Assembly: GCA_963750415.1 (NCBI GenBank)
Contig: CAVVQX010000005.1
Location: 423,695-487,694, forward strand
Reading direction: 5' to 3'
Source: an uncultured Acidobacteriaceae bacterium
GTDB taxonomy: Bacteria; Acidobacteriota; Terriglobia; Terriglobales; Acidobacteriaceae
Length of the DNA stretch: 64,000 nucleotides
The notes below the pieces were generated by a model. That model made no database searches, was not told the DNA's origin, and worked only from the letters and a program-made list of their open reading frames with translations. Position 1 is the stretch's first letter, and each line of letters begins with the position of its first letter. The position numbers were made by a program, and so were the translations under genes. This document shows, in pieces, positions 35,769-48,459 of this stretch.

Positions 35769-38018
35769 ATGGCGACTGTGCACTCTACGCCACTCGAACC
35801 TCCCGCGGAACCGGGCATCCTGGCCGAGAAGTTTGCCGAGCTGCTCGCGACCATCGGCAAGAATCGGCCGAGCGATGACATCGGCGTCATTCGCAAGGCG
35901 TGGGAGTTTTGTGTGCAGCATCACAGCGGGCAGCTCCGGGCCTCCGGGGAGCCGTACGTGCTGCATCCCCTGGAAGTTGCCCAGGTCCTGGCCGAGATGA
36001 AGCTGGACTCGACCGCCATCGCGGCCGGCCTGCTACATGACGCCGTCGAAGACACTCCCGTTACCACCGAAGACATCACCGAACAATTCGGGGAGCAAGT
36101 CGCGCACATCGTCGAGGGCGTGACCAAAATCGACAAGATCCAGTTCGCCAACCGCGAAGACCGCCAGGCAGAGAACGTGCGCAAGATGCTGCTGGCGATG
36201 GTCAGCGATGTGCGCGTGGTTCTGATCAAGATGGCGGACCGGCTGCATAACATGCGGACTCTGCAGCACCTGCCTCCCGATCGCCAGGAATCGATCGCGC
36301 GGGAGACCCTCGATATCTATGCTCCCCTGGCCCACCGGCTGGGCATGGGCAAAGTGCGCGGCGAGTTGGAAGACCTGGCCTTCCGTTATGTCGATTCCTA
36401 CGGCTACGAGCAGGTGAAGAGCGCGGTGGACGCGGCGCGCGATGAAGACGAGCAGTTTCTCAACTCGGTCGAATCCCTGCTCAACGAACGGCTGCGCGAC
36501 AACAATATCCACGCCCGCGTGGAATGGCGCATCAAGCGGCTTTACAGCATCTACCAGAAACTCCAAAAGCAGAAAGTAACCGTCGACCAGGTTTATGACC
36601 TGCTGGCGGTCCGGGTGATCACCTCGACGGTGCAGGATTGTTACGCCGCCTTTGGCCTGATCCACTCCATCTGGCGCCCGGTGCCGGGCCGGATCAAGGA
36701 CTTTATCGCCATGCCCAGGCCCAATCTGTATCAATCGCTGCACACCACGGTGATGGGCGAGGGCGGCCACCAATTTGAGGTCCAGATCCGCACCGAAGAA
36801 ATGCACCGCATTGCGGAAGAAGGGATCGCGGCACACTGGAAATACAAGGCCGCCGGTTCACCCACCAGCGCCCGGGATGAACAGCGGCTGGCATGGGTGC
36901 GGCAGCTGGTCGAGTGGCAACGGGAGATGTCCGATCCCAACGAATTTCTGTCCACGCTGAAGATCGATCTCTATCCGGAAGAGGTGTACACCTTTACCCC
37001 CAAAGGCAAGGTGGTGGTGTTGCCCAAGGATGCGACCCCGATTGACTTTGCCTATTCCATCCACACCGAGGTCGGCAATACCTGTGTGGGCGCCAAGGTA
37101 AACGGCAGAATGGCCCAGTTGCGGACCAAACTGCACAACGGTGACATCGTCGAAGTGGTTACACAGAATGGGCACACCCCCAGCCGCGATTGGCTCACCT
37201 TCGCCAAGAGCTCGCGCGCGCGCAACAAAATCAAGCATTGGCTCAACGAGCACCAGCGCGAGCGTGCGGTGGAGATCGGCAAGAAGCTGCTCGACCGGGA
37301 AGCGCGCAAGTACAAGGTGACACTGAGCAAGCTGACCGACACAGACTATGCCCGCGCAGCCGGCGAATGTGGTCTGGCGACGGCCAGCGACCTGATGGCT
37401 GCCATCGGCTTCGGCAAGTACTCCTCCCGCCAGGTGCTGAACAAGCTTTCCCCGGGGGTGACCGCGCAGACCGGCCTGGAAATAGAACCGGGCAAGGACG
37501 CCGCCAAGAGCCTCATGTCGGAAGCGGTGAGGCGTGTCCACATGCACGGCTCCGACTCGCTGCAGGTGGAGGGTCAGGACGACTTGCTGGTTTACCGCGC
37601 GCGATGTTGCAATCCGATTCGAGGCGAGGAGATCGTCGGCTACGTAACCCGCGGCAAAGGCGTGGCAGTACACGCCCGCAGCTGCCCCAACGTGCAGAAT
37701 CTGCTTTACGAAAGCGACCGCCGCATCTCTGTGGAGTGGGCGCGGATGGCTGAGGATAATGGCGGCCGCAAGATGACCTATCCAGTTAAGCTGACCGTAT
37801 TTTGCGACGATCGCGCAGGCATGCTGAAGGAAATGACCGCGGTCATCAGCGACGATGGCACCAATATTCGAGGCGTCGATTCCAAGTCGACGGGGGACTC
37901 GGAGGCGGTAGTCGAATTTGTCCTCGAAGCAGAAGACATGCGGCACCTTACGCGTCTGGTGAGCGGTCTGCGGCGGGTACCGGGAGTACGCGATGTGGTG
38001 CGCGCTCATAAAGTGTGA
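35769..38018 (+). CDS. relA: Bifunctional (p)ppGpp synthetase/hydrolase RelA/SpoT (Rel)
   Basis: HD hydrolase motif (HPLEVAQVLAEMKLD...LLHDAVEDT), synthetase core (YQSLHTTV, QIRTEEMH), TGS and ACT regions. 749 aa. Confidence 0.95.
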   Translation: MATVHSTPLEPPAEPGILAEKFAELLATIGKNRPSDDIGVIRKAWEFCVQHHSGQLRASGEPYVLHPLEVAQVLAEMKLDSTAIAAGLLHDAVEDTPVTTEDITEQFGEQVAHIVEGVTKIDKIQFANREDRQAENVRKMLLAMVSDVRVVLIKMADRLHNMRTLQHLPPDRQESIARETLDIYAPLAHRLGMGKVRGELEDLAFRYVDSYGYEQVKSAVDAARDEDEQFLNSVESLLNERLRDNNIHARVEWRIKRLYSIYQKLQKQKVTVDQVYDLLAVRVITSTVQDCYAAFGLIHSIWRPVPGRIKDFIAMPRPNLYQSLHTTVMGEGGHQFEVQIRTEEMHRIAEEGIAAHWKYKAAGSPTSARDEQRLAWVRQLVEWQREMSDPNEFLSTLKIDLYPEEVYTFTPKGKVVVLPKDATPIDFAYSIHTEVGNTCVGAKVNGRMAQLRTKLHNGDIVEVVTQNGHTPSRDWLTFAKSSRARNKIKHWLNEHQRERAVEIGKKLLDREARKYKVTLSKLTDTDYARAAGECGLATASDLMAAIGFGKYSSRQVLNKLSPGVTAQTGLEIEPGKDAAKSLMSEAVRRVHMHGSDSLQVEGQDDLLVYRARCCNPIRGEEIVGYVTRGKGVAVHARSCPNVQNLLYESDRRISVEWARMAEDNGGRKMTYPVKLTVFCDDRAGMLKEMTAVISDDGTNIRGVDSKSTGDSEAVVEFVLEAEDMRHLTRLVSGLRRVPGVRDVVRAHKV

Positions 38019-38061
38019 GCGTACATTTGCGTCCCCGCACCCTTGCGGCGAAAATCAGGAC

Positions 38062-38460
38062 ATGAGCCTTCCTGGCAAATCGGCAATCTCTACGCAACAT
38101 GCTCCAGCGGCCATCGGTCCCTACTCCCAGGCAGTGGAAATTGGGGAAACGATTTATGCGTCAGGGCAGGTTCCGCTCGATCCCGCGACCGGGCAGATGG
38201 TGGAAGGTGGGATCCGGGAGCAGACGGTCCGCGTGCTGGAAAACCTGAAGGCAGTGCTGGCCGCGGCCCACACAGACCTGCAGCACGTAGTCAAGACCAC
38301 CGTTTTTCTCAAGAACCTGAGTGACTTTGCGGCGATGAATGAGATCTACGCCACGTATCTGGCGAAGGACGGCTGGGTTGCACCCGCGCGGTCCACGGTC
38401 GAAGTAGCGAGATTGCCCAAAGACGCTCTGGTGGAAATCGACGTGATCGCGCTACGTTAG
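38062..38460 (+). CDS. ridA: RidA/YjgF family reactive intermediate deaminase
   Basis: APAAIGPYSQAVEIGETIYASGQVPLDP...PARSTVEVARLPKDALVEIDVIA. The ORF track start 37993 overlaps the end of relA. Confidence 0.9.
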   Translation: MSLPGKSAISTQHAPAAIGPYSQAVEIGETIYASGQVPLDPATGQMVEGGIREQTVRVLENLKAVLAAAHTDLQHVVKTTVFLKNLSDFAAMNEIYATYLAKDGWVAPARSTVEVARLPKDALVEIDVIALR

Positions 38461-38513
38461 GCCTTGGCGTGCGTGACCGCGCAGGCCGCATCGAATGACT
38501 GAGGAGCAAGGTT

Positions 38514-38948
38514 ATGGAAAAAGAGCAAGTTGCGAAGCAGGACAGAATCGAGAAGACGGAGGCCGAGTGGCGCGCCGAACTGACTCCGGAACAGTATTAC
38601 GTCATGCGGCAAAAGGGGACGGAACCGGCGTTTTCCGGAGCCCTCTACCGGAATCATGCTGATGGAACCTACCGCTGCGCAGCCTGCGGCAGTGAATTGT
38701 TCGGCTCGGATACCAAGTTTGAGTCGGGGACCGGCTGGCCCAGCTTTACCGTGCCGGCGAACGCCGAAGCAGTGCGTCTGCACGAAGACAGGAGCCACGG
38801 AATGACGCGAACAGAAGTCACCTGTGCACGGTGCGACGCTCATCTGGGGCATGTCTTCCCGGATGGACCGGGGCCTGGTGGGCTGCGTTATTGCATCAAC
38901 TCTTTATCGCTTGGTTTTGATCCCCATCATGCTGGGGAAAAGGAATAA
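38514..38948 (+). CDS. msrB: Peptide-methionine (R)-S-oxide reductase MsrB
   Basis: CAACGSELF ... [15 protein letters not shown]...RYCINS motifs (zinc CxxC pairs and the catalytic Cys). Confidence 0.95.
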   Translation: MEKEQVAKQDRIEKTEAEWRAELTPEQYYVMRQKGTEPAFSGALYRNHADGTYRCAACGSELFGSDTKFESGTGWPSFTVPANAEAVRLHEDRSHGMTRTEVTCARCDAHLGHVFPDGPGPGGLRYCINSLSLGFDPHHAGEKE

Positions 38949-38951
38949 GGC

Positions 38952-39140
38952 TTATGCCTTAGCGATCTTGCCTGCTTTGATACAGCGGGTACAGACACGA
39001 ATGCGTTTGCTGCCGCCGTCAACCTGGGCCTTGACCGGACGAAGATTGACGTTCCACCGGCGCTTGGAAACATTGTGGGCATGCGAGATCTTGTTACCGA
39101 ACTGCGGACCTTTGCCGCAGATTTTGCAAACCTGAGCCAT
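38952..39140 (-). CDS. rpmB: 50S ribosomal protein L28
   Basis: MAQVCKICGKGPQFGNKISHAHNVSKRRWNVNLRPV...RVCTRCIKAGK from internal ATG 39140. The ORF track over-extends to 39200. Confidence 0.9.
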   Translation of the reverse strand: MAQVCKICGKGPQFGNKISHAHNVSKRRWNVNLRPVKAQVDGGSKRIRVCTRCIKAGKIAKA

Positions 39141-39309
39141 GACAAACTCCAGATAACCTAAGCTTTTCGCAGAAACATGCGGCGATCTAAATCTGTGCAC
39201 GCACTATCGCAGAGGGTGATAGTGGCTTGACCACCAGACACGGACACGCACTAAACTCGCGAACTTTCAGTATAGCCGCACGCGGGACGGACGACAACCG
39301 GCCCTCCTC

Positions 39310-39771
39310 TCAACAAACGCCCACCATCAGGACGAGGAGAGCAAAAGCAACGACCAAACCACATGTTCTTATCCAGTGGTACAGATCCCACCGATCCGCC
39401 TGCGATTTCCAGTCGGCGGGCAGGGATTTCGGTGTCCATTTGGCGACCCGATTGTTAATGGGCACCGGCCCGACCAGCGAGAACACCACCGCGAAGACCT
39501 GGAGCGCAAACGCGATCGCCGCCAGATGCCAGGCCCCCTTGCTGAGGTGAGCGAAGGGCAGCAGAAGCAGAAGATTCAACAGGGCGGAGCCTGTCATCCA
39601 AAACGGCATGACCCGGCCAAACAACACCGCCATCGACGAGCGCACAAGTATGTGCGTTTCCAGCGGTTGCCGCCTTAGGACCGGATGACCGAATGCGGCC
39701 ACATTCAACTCACTGCCACACATCAGGCCCAGGACCAACACCGCAATTAGCTCGAGAGTCATGGGAATCAA
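39310..39771 (-). CDS. DUF1772 (anthrone-oxygenase-like) membrane protein
   Basis: 153 aa with four hydrophobic segments and a GPVPINNRV...W motif typical of DUF1772, as I recall. Confidence 0.7.
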   Translation of the reverse strand: MIPMTLELIAVLVLGLMCGSELNVAAFGHPVLRRQPLETHILVRSSMAVLFGRVMPFWMTGSALLNLLLLLPFAHLSKGAWHLAAIAFALQVFAVVFSLVGPVPINNRVAKWTPKSLPADWKSQADRWDLYHWIRTCGLVVAFALLVLMVGVC

Positions 39772-39922
39772 CCTCTTCCGGTTGGATGTTGCCTACCCCC
39801 AGGCCGACTCGGCAATCCCCTCCCGCGCTAGAATACGGATCACCACTGCGAAGCCCTTCGATGACTGATCGCGCCGTAACCCGAGGACGGAGTGAACGCG
39901 GGCGCCAGCCCACTCGAGCGCA

Positions 39923-41209
39923 ATGACTGCTCCTTCACGCCACCAGCACCCTCAAGACGAATTCCGTGCGCCGTGGTTGATCTTCTGGGTGGCGTTTGCA
40001 GTGCGCGTGCTCTACCTGACCCTGGCGCATACCTACCGTTTCCGTCCCTATGACGACCACATGCTGTTCGGCGAAGAGATGGGGCGGATCGCGCGCGCGC
40101 TGGCCACTGGTTTTGGCTTTTCCGACCCTTTCCGGGGCCACACCGGCCCGACCACTTGGGTGGGACCGCTCTTTCCCCTGCTCCTGGCCGGGGTCTTCAA
40201 GATGTTTGGCGTCTTCACCCCGCTCTCGGCCTGGGCGATTCTCACCATCAACAGCCTGTTTTCGGCGCTGACGGCACTTATGACCTGGGAGATCGCGGCG
40301 CGCTGTTTCAACCGGAACGTCGCGTGGTGGGCCGCCTGGATCTGGGCGCTCTACCCGGCTGCCATGCAGTATGCCGTCCGCTGGGTCTGGGACACGTCCC
40401 TCACTACGTTCCTCTTCTCCTGGATACTGGTGGTGGCTCTACGCATGCGCGCAGCCAGAACCCTCGGGCGTTGGGCACTGTTTGGGCTGCTTTGGGGCCT
40501 GGCCGGCCTCAGCAATCCAGCGCTCCTGATCTTCCTGCCGGTGTGCGGGCTGTGGGTGCTCGGCCGGGCACCCCGGCGCGAAGCCGGCGGAGCGCTGCTC
40601 GCAACTGTGGTGTTCGCCGCCTGCTTCGGACCCTGGATCTGGAGAAATTGGGTAGCCTTCCACCATTTTGTGCCTACCCGGGGCAACTTTGGGGCCGAAC
40701 TGTATCTCGGCAACGGACCAGGGTCGACCGGGTTGCTGATGGAATACGACCACCCTATCCAGGCGCCTGATCAACTACGCCAATACACCAGCATGGGAGA
40801 AATTGCCTATTCCAAAATGCGCGGGAACCAGGCCCTGGCGGTGATGCGCGCGGACCCGCTTCACTTCGCCCAGAATACGTTGCGGCGAGTGTTCTTCTTC
40901 TGGGCGGGCGTTCCCCATCCGGTGAGTGCCACGCCGTGGGTAGAGTACGCCCGCAGTTTGAACTTCATATTCGGCAGTGTTTGTGGACTGCTGGGACTCG
41001 CCCTGGCCCTGCGCCGGAAGGCGCCGGCCGCCGGCCTATTCGCGTGGGCTTTTCTCCTGCTACCCCTGGTGTATTACGGGGTGGCCGCCCATGCCCGTTT
41101 TCGTCACCCGCTGGAACCGCTGATGGTGGTGCTCGGGGTTTACCTCTTTCAATCCGCCGAGTTGACCAAAACAGGCGGGAAACGTAAACTTAAAAAGCTT
41201 GGGACCTAA
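39923..41209 (+). CDS. Polytopic membrane glycosyltransferase (GT39/ArnT-like)
   Basis: 428 aa with more than 9 hydrophobic segments and an early loop, YDDHMLFGEEMGRIARALATGFGF, resembling the PMT/ArnT family. Family assignment is tentative. Confidence 0.6.
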   Translation: MTAPSRHQHPQDEFRAPWLIFWVAFAVRVLYLTLAHTYRFRPYDDHMLFGEEMGRIARALATGFGFSDPFRGHTGPTTWVGPLFPLLLAGVFKMFGVFTPLSAWAILTINSLFSALTALMTWEIAARCFNRNVAWWAAWIWALYPAAMQYAVRWVWDTSLTTFLFSWILVVALRMRAARTLGRWALFGLLWGLAGLSNPALLIFLPVCGLWVLGRAPRREAGGALLATVVFAACFGPWIWRNWVAFHHFVPTRGNFGAELYLGNGPGSTGLLMEYDHPIQAPDQLRQYTSMGEIAYSKMRGNQALAVMRADPLHFAQNTLRRVFFFWAGVPHPVSATPWVEYARSLNFIFGSVCGLLGLALALRRKAPAAGLFAWAFLLLPLVYYGVAAHARFRHPLEPLMVVLGVYLFQSAELTKTGGKRKLKKLGT

Positions 41210-41313
41210 GCCTTTGGTGCGGTCTGCTCACCTTCGGGTTTGAGCACAATCAGCAATCCATTTTTTGCCCAGCTAGTTTTTTCGGCCGATGTGATTCGGC
41301 GCGGAGGATTTTT

Positions 41314-41652
41314 ATGTACGCTGTGATCCGCACGGGTGGCAAGCAGTATTGCGTCTCCCCAGGCGAAGTAGTCAAAATCGAAAAGGCAGGCGTCGAGCCC
41401 AGCGGCGCGGTGGAATTCAACGACGTCCTGGCCTTTTCAGACGGACAGTCTCCCCTCTCCAAACCCACGGCAGGCAAGGTGCTTGGCACCGTGGTCAGTG
41501 AGGGACGTGGGGATAAGATCCTGGTCTTCCACTTCAAGCGCAAGAAGCAATACAAGAAGCTGCAGGGTCATCGCCAGGCCTACACCGAGGTGCGGATCAA
41601 CAGCATCGAGGTCAACGGGTTCAGCTACGGCAGCGAACAGACTGCCCAGTAA
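41314..41652 (+). CDS. rplU: 50S ribosomal protein L21
   Basis: MYAVIRTGGKQYCVSPGEVVKIEK...KILVFHFKRKKQYKKLQGHRQ. Confidence 0.95.
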   Translation: MYAVIRTGGKQYCVSPGEVVKIEKAGVEPSGAVEFNDVLAFSDGQSPLSKPTAGKVLGTVVSEGRGDKILVFHFKRKKQYKKLQGHRQAYTEVRINSIEVNGFSYGSEQTAQ

Positions 41653-41680
41653 CCAAACTTCTGATCCAAGAGGATAGGCA

Positions 41681-41950
41681 ATGGCACATAAAAAAGGGTT
41701 AGGCAGCTCAAAAAATGGTCGCGATTCCAACGCCCAGCGGCTGGGCGTGAAGATCTTCGCCGGCCAGGTGGTCACCGGTGGTTCCATTATCGTGCGCCAG
41801 CGCGGCACCAGGTTGAAACCAGGTTTGAATGTCGGCCGGGGTAAGGACGACACCCTCTACGCGGAGATTGGCGGCCGGGTGAACTTTATCGACCGCGGCA
41901 AGAGCGGGCGTTTCGTCTCTGTGGAACCCGTAGGAACCAAAGCGAACTAA
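41681..41950 (+). CDS. rpmA: 50S ribosomal protein L27
   Basis: [43 protein letters not shown]. Confidence 0.95.
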   Translation: MAHKKGLGSSKNGRDSNAQRLGVKIFAGQVVTGGSIIVRQRGTRLKPGLNVGRGKDDTLYAEIGGRVNFIDRGKSGRFVSVEPVGTKAN

Positions 41951-42141
41951 GACCGATCGAGTTTTTAATCAAGTTGTATCGGGACCAGTCCCGGGACGGC
42001 TGAAAATCAGCTCTGTCCAAATTAGTTTTTTCAGCGGGACAGCACATGAAGCTTTCGCTGACCCTAAGAGCCCTGGGGAAGACCCTGTCGAACGAAGGGC
42101 ACGGCTTGAGAGCCGTGCCGTAAGGGATTTGCGCGCTTGAC

Positions 42142-42280
42142 GGCTTTACAGGCTGCGGAAAAACTCATGTTTTGTATCAGGGCACGACTTTAGTCGTGCC
42201 GTAAGTGATTGAAAATACGCTGGGCTTTAGCCCCTGAGGTACGGCTTTCCTACCCAACGGCGAGTTTTTCCGCAGCCTCT
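42142..42280 (-). repeat. 144-bp MITE-like element, copy D (inverted orientation, 139 nt aligned)
   Basis: Its reverse complement matches 2508-2651 and 17843-17986. Embedded in the repeat mosaic at about 42072-42440. Confidence 0.8.
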
Positions 42281-42535
42281 TTAAGCCGCCGAGGTACACT
42301 TTTCGAGACCTATGAGGCAAAGTTATGCCTTTTCGCCTTGAGTTCTCCATAGAAGATTCGAAAAACATACTCAGGGGCTAAAGCCCTCATCAGCACGAGT
42401 TGCTGTGGCACGGCTGAAGCCATGCCCTTCGTTCATCTACGCAACCCTGTGGGACTGAGTTTCAAACGGTTCTTCCCAAAAAGCAAAAGGCCATAACGGA
42501 GTTTCCGTTATGGCCTTTTGCCCTTACTGGAAGGG

Positions 42536-43420
42536 TCAACTCGCTACGTGGAGCGAGTTCTTAATGAGAATACGGTCAACCACCTTTTCGACATCCTGAA
42601 GAAAGAAGTCGCTGGCCGGAACCGCAACCGGTACCCGAGGGGTGCTGTGCCCAAGGGTCGTAGCAATCTCGTTCCAACGCGCCAAGGGCGAGGAGGGACT
42701 GAGTACAGCGGCCCGGCGAGCCGGTTCAGGCATGAGGAAGTAGGCAGACCAGACAACCAGCGTCACCAGGCTGGCACTGGTTGTGACTACGCTGATGGTG
42801 GAGGTCATCATATTTCGTCCGAGGTGCAGAAACGCCGCGGATACAGCCAGGTCGCTGGCGGCCATGATGCCGAAGCCGAAGCTGATACCGAAAACCCGGC
42901 TGCGGTACGAAAGGCCGAGTTTCCCCGCTGCAATCATGAGGAAAAGCAAAAGACTAAGGATGAAGATGCTTTCGCAGCGCATCGCCTGGGCCACTATGGC
43001 GAGGAGAAACCTGTTACCTTTGCCACCCGGTGTAAGCAGGGCCGCGGACGCGGCAACGAAGGAAATGCATGCCACCCAGCGGAAGGATATGGTGCCCAGC
43101 CATTTCAGGCCCGGAAAAGGATCCATAGAGGACTGGAACATTTCCTGAATGACCATAAACACCACAACCGCGCCCGCGACATAACTGAACCAATAGGTAT
43201 AGAAATACCAGGAATAAGCAGCCTTCTCGCTGATCGCAATCACCCGGTGCACTTGCAACAGTAGGTGGAGGATCACTGAAGAGGTGAGCCGAACCGTGAC
43301 GTAAGCGAACAGCGCTGGAAACCGCCGGTGTTCCCGGGACCTGAGCAGAGCTATCATGGCTACCACCATGAGGAGGGGCTCTGCCGCGTACAAGATGCTG
43401 AGTGCTACGCTCGTCATCAC
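42536..43420 (-). CDS. Hypothetical 7-TM membrane protein with a roughly 65-aa soluble C-terminal tail
   Basis: 294-aa ORF with seven hydrophobic segments by eye. I recognise no family. About 50 % GC (one line counted by hand). Confidence 0.55.
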   Translation of the reverse strand: MMTSVALSILYAAEPLLMVVAMIALLRSREHRRFPALFAYVTVRLTSSVILHLLLQVHRVIAISEKAAYSWYFYTYWFSYVAGAVVVFMVIQEMFQSSMDPFPGLKWLGTISFRWVACISFVAASAALLTPGGKGNRFLLAIVAQAMRCESIFILSLLLFLMIAAGKLGLSYRSRVFGISFGFGIMAASDLAVSAAFLHLGRNMMTSTISVVTTSASLVTLVVWSAYFLMPEPARRAAVLSPSSPLARWNEIATTLGHSTPRVPVAVPASDFFLQDVEKVVDRILIKNSLHVAS

Positions 43421-43559
43421 AACACCCCTTCCGAGTCTTGAGAATAGCTCGAAAAGGGATGGTGCTCAACCTAAGAAAACCTTTAAAGCTGGCACTTTTG
43501 TGCTATGCGTGCATAGTTTGGGTACTGCTGTAAGTGGCCTTAGTACTGCATTTTGAGCT

Positions 43560-43730
43560 TTAGATACCGCAGCCGCCATCTCCGGGAGGGCAGTTGGGCA
43601 CCGGCATAGCGTGCGACACTACCAGGCTGTGATTCGCGGTCACATGAGCTGCTGGCTTCGTAGTTAACGCGCTGGCGACGAAACCGGCAAAGACAACGGA
43701 AAAGATGGATGCATGAACGAGAAGTTTCAT
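43560..43730 (-). CDS. Small secreted His/Cys-containing peptide (56 aa precursor)
   Basis: ATG 43730 is preceded by GGAGG (10-nt spacer). Signal peptide MKLLVHASIFSVVFAGFVASA|LTT. Mature part ...AHVTANHSLVVSHAMPVPNCPPGDGGCGI. The ORF track version (to 43832) is over-extended. Confidence 0.5.
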   Translation of the reverse strand: MKLLVHASIFSVVFAGFVASALTTKPAAHVTANHSLVVSHAMPVPNCPPGDGGCGI

Positions 43731-44066
43731 AGACTGGTTACCTCCGGGTATGGGTGTTGCTGTTTGATGTGGAAGAGGGGAACAATCAAGAGTATAGTTC
43801 GCCGGATCGCCGCCCTGTGTTTTTAATGACATATTAGAGGTTATCTACTCTAAACATGACGTAAGTACCCCTGTTGACTGTTCCAGAGTACCCTATTTTT
43901 GGGTTACTTCGGACCTCTTCAAAAGGTGCAGATTGATCACTTAAGTACCGGCGACTTTCGTTTTCTACCCGGGCGGGGTCTGCTGGCTGTTTCGCCTAAT
44001 TGTGCCTTTTTTTCCACCCCCCGGCGTGCCTCCCGAGGCCGCCAATTAGCCCCCGAAACGTGATAA

Positions 44067-46754
<2,688 letters not shown>

Positions 46755-46779
46755 GCTGGTTCGGCAGGTCAGGTAAGGG

Positions 46780-46815
46780 GCAGGTCTCTCCGCTGGAGAG
46801 GCCTGCTTTTGCTTG
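46780..46815 (+). terminator. Putative rho-independent terminator after gyrB
   Basis: 12-bp stem GCAGGTCTCTCC / GGAGAGGCCTGC (one G.U pair), 3-nt loop, followed by TTTTGCTT. Confidence 0.6.
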
Positions 46816-46863
46816 TGGGCGTAGACACCCTTGCGGCTGCTACCGGCTGCTACCATCTTGGGC

Positions 46864-47664
46864 ATGGCTCTGCTCGAGGTAAACCAGCTCACCAAGAACT
46901 ATTCCCGGCGCTCCGGATGGCTTGGGGCACATGAGGAAAAATGCGTGGTCGACCGCGTCTCCTTCACCATAGCCCGCGGAGAGACCCTTGGCCTGGTGGG
47001 CGAATCCGGCTCCGGCAAGAGCACCGTTGCCCGGATGGTCCTGGGTCTGATCCTTCCCTCTTCCGGAACCGTGTCTTTCGACGGCGAGGAAGTGATCAGC
47101 GGCGCTTCCAATGCCCGGCTGCGTACGATGCGCCGCCGAATGCAGCCCGTATTCCAGGATCCGTTCGCGGCCTTGAACCCACGCATGACCGTGGCCCAGA
47201 TCATCGCCGAGCCTTTCCGCATTCATAGTCACGACGGCCCGGAAAGCCGGTCCGTCGAGAATCCGCGGGAGCTACTGGCTGAAGTCGGGTTGGACGAGTC
47301 TGCCCTGCCCCGCTACCCTCACGAGTTTTCCGGCGGCCAGCGGCAGCGGATCAACATCGCCCGGGCGCTCGCCCTTCGGCCCGAACTGCTCGTGCTGGAT
47401 GAGCCCGTGTCTGCGCTCGACGTTAGCGTCGGAGCCCAGATCATGAACTTGCTGCGCCACCTACAGCACACATTCCATTTGACTTACCTGTTCATATCCC
47501 ACTCCATGCCGCTAGTGCGCTATCTCTCGACCAACATTGTGGTGATGCGAACAGGGAAGGTAGTAGAGAAGGGAACGTGCGAACAGATTTGTCATTTCCC
47601 CTGCGAGTCTTATACAAAAGCGCTCCTGGAGGCGACGCCAGAGTTACCTGAAATTAAAATCTGA
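46864..47664 (+). CDS. ABC transporter ATP-binding protein (OppF/DppF-like); no permease or binding-protein partner in the window
   Basis: Walker A GESGSGKST, signature FSGGQRQR, Walker B LLVLDEP, H-loop ISHS. Confidence 0.85.
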   Translation: MALLEVNQLTKNYSRRSGWLGAHEEKCVVDRVSFTIARGETLGLVGESGSGKSTVARMVLGLILPSSGTVSFDGEEVISGASNARLRTMRRRMQPVFQDPFAALNPRMTVAQIIAEPFRIHSHDGPESRSVENPRELLAEVGLDESALPRYPHEFSGGQRQRINIARALALRPELLVLDEPVSALDVSVGAQIMNLLRHLQHTFHLTYLFISHSMPLVRYLSTNIVVMRTGKVVEKGTCEQICHFPCESYTKALLEATPELPEIKI

Positions 47665-47757
47665 TTCAATAACACTCATATTTTATGATTCCTTCATGCT
47701 ATGATTATCATCAAAGTAGCAGCCGGCCAATGAGTGGCCCGCTTCGGAGGAAACGCA

Positions 47758-48264
47758 ATGACACTGACCCGCTGGGAAACATACCGCGACGTATTGGCTT
47801 TACAGAATCGAATGAACAACATTTTTCAGGACTTTTCCCGTGGTAACTCGGGAGAAAACGAGCTCGTGACCGCGGCCGGCTTCGTGCCCCCTGTCGACAT
47901 TTATGAGGACGAACACAAGCTGGTGCTCAAACTCGAAATCCCGGGCATGCGCCAGGAGGATCTCGATGTGCGGATGGAAAATAACACCTTGTCCGTGAAG
48001 GGCGAGCGCAGCTTCCAAAGTGAAGGGAAGGAAGAGAACTTCCATCGCGTGGAGCGTCGCTACGGTACTTTCTATCGCGCTTTCACGGTTCCTAACACCA
48101 TTAACCCGGAGAGCATCAAGGCTGAATACGACGCCGGGGTGTTGCGCCTGGAACTGCAGAAGCGTCCTGAAAGCAAGCCCAAGCAAATCAAGGTAAACGT
48201 TGGATCCGCCAAGGAGCTCAACAACAACCAGACCGCAGCAGCAGAAACTGCGAAAACGGCGTAA
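47758..48264 (+). CDS. Hsp20/alpha-crystallin family small heat shock protein
   Basis: PPVDIYEDEHKLVLKLEIPGM...ERRYGTFYRAFTVP...GVLRLEL. GGAGGA SD before ATG 47758. Confidence 0.9.
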   Translation: MTLTRWETYRDVLALQNRMNNIFQDFSRGNSGENELVTAAGFVPPVDIYEDEHKLVLKLEIPGMRQEDLDVRMENNTLSVKGERSFQSEGKEENFHRVERRYGTFYRAFTVPNTINPESIKAEYDAGVLRLELQKRPESKPKQIKVNVGSAKELNNNQTAAAETAKTA

Positions 48265-48278
48265 TCATACTGGTAAGA

Positions 48279-48327
48279 GTTCGCCCCGGTGATTTCGCTC
48301 CCCGGGGCGAACGAACATTTCTTTTTT
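48279..48327 (+). terminator. Putative rho-independent terminator after hsp20
   Basis: Stem GTTCGCCCCGG / CCGGGGCGAAC (11 bp), about 12-nt loop, then GAACATTTCTTTTTT. Confidence 0.6.
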
Positions 48328-48459
48328 CGACGCCGGCACTACAAGTTCAAAATCAAAACAGGAATAACGACCAGGCTGTGGGCATCCCGGGGGATGCCGC
48401 CCTTGCTTTCGCTCTGACAAGCGATCAAGACTGATCTGGTCAGTAAGGATGACACCCAT

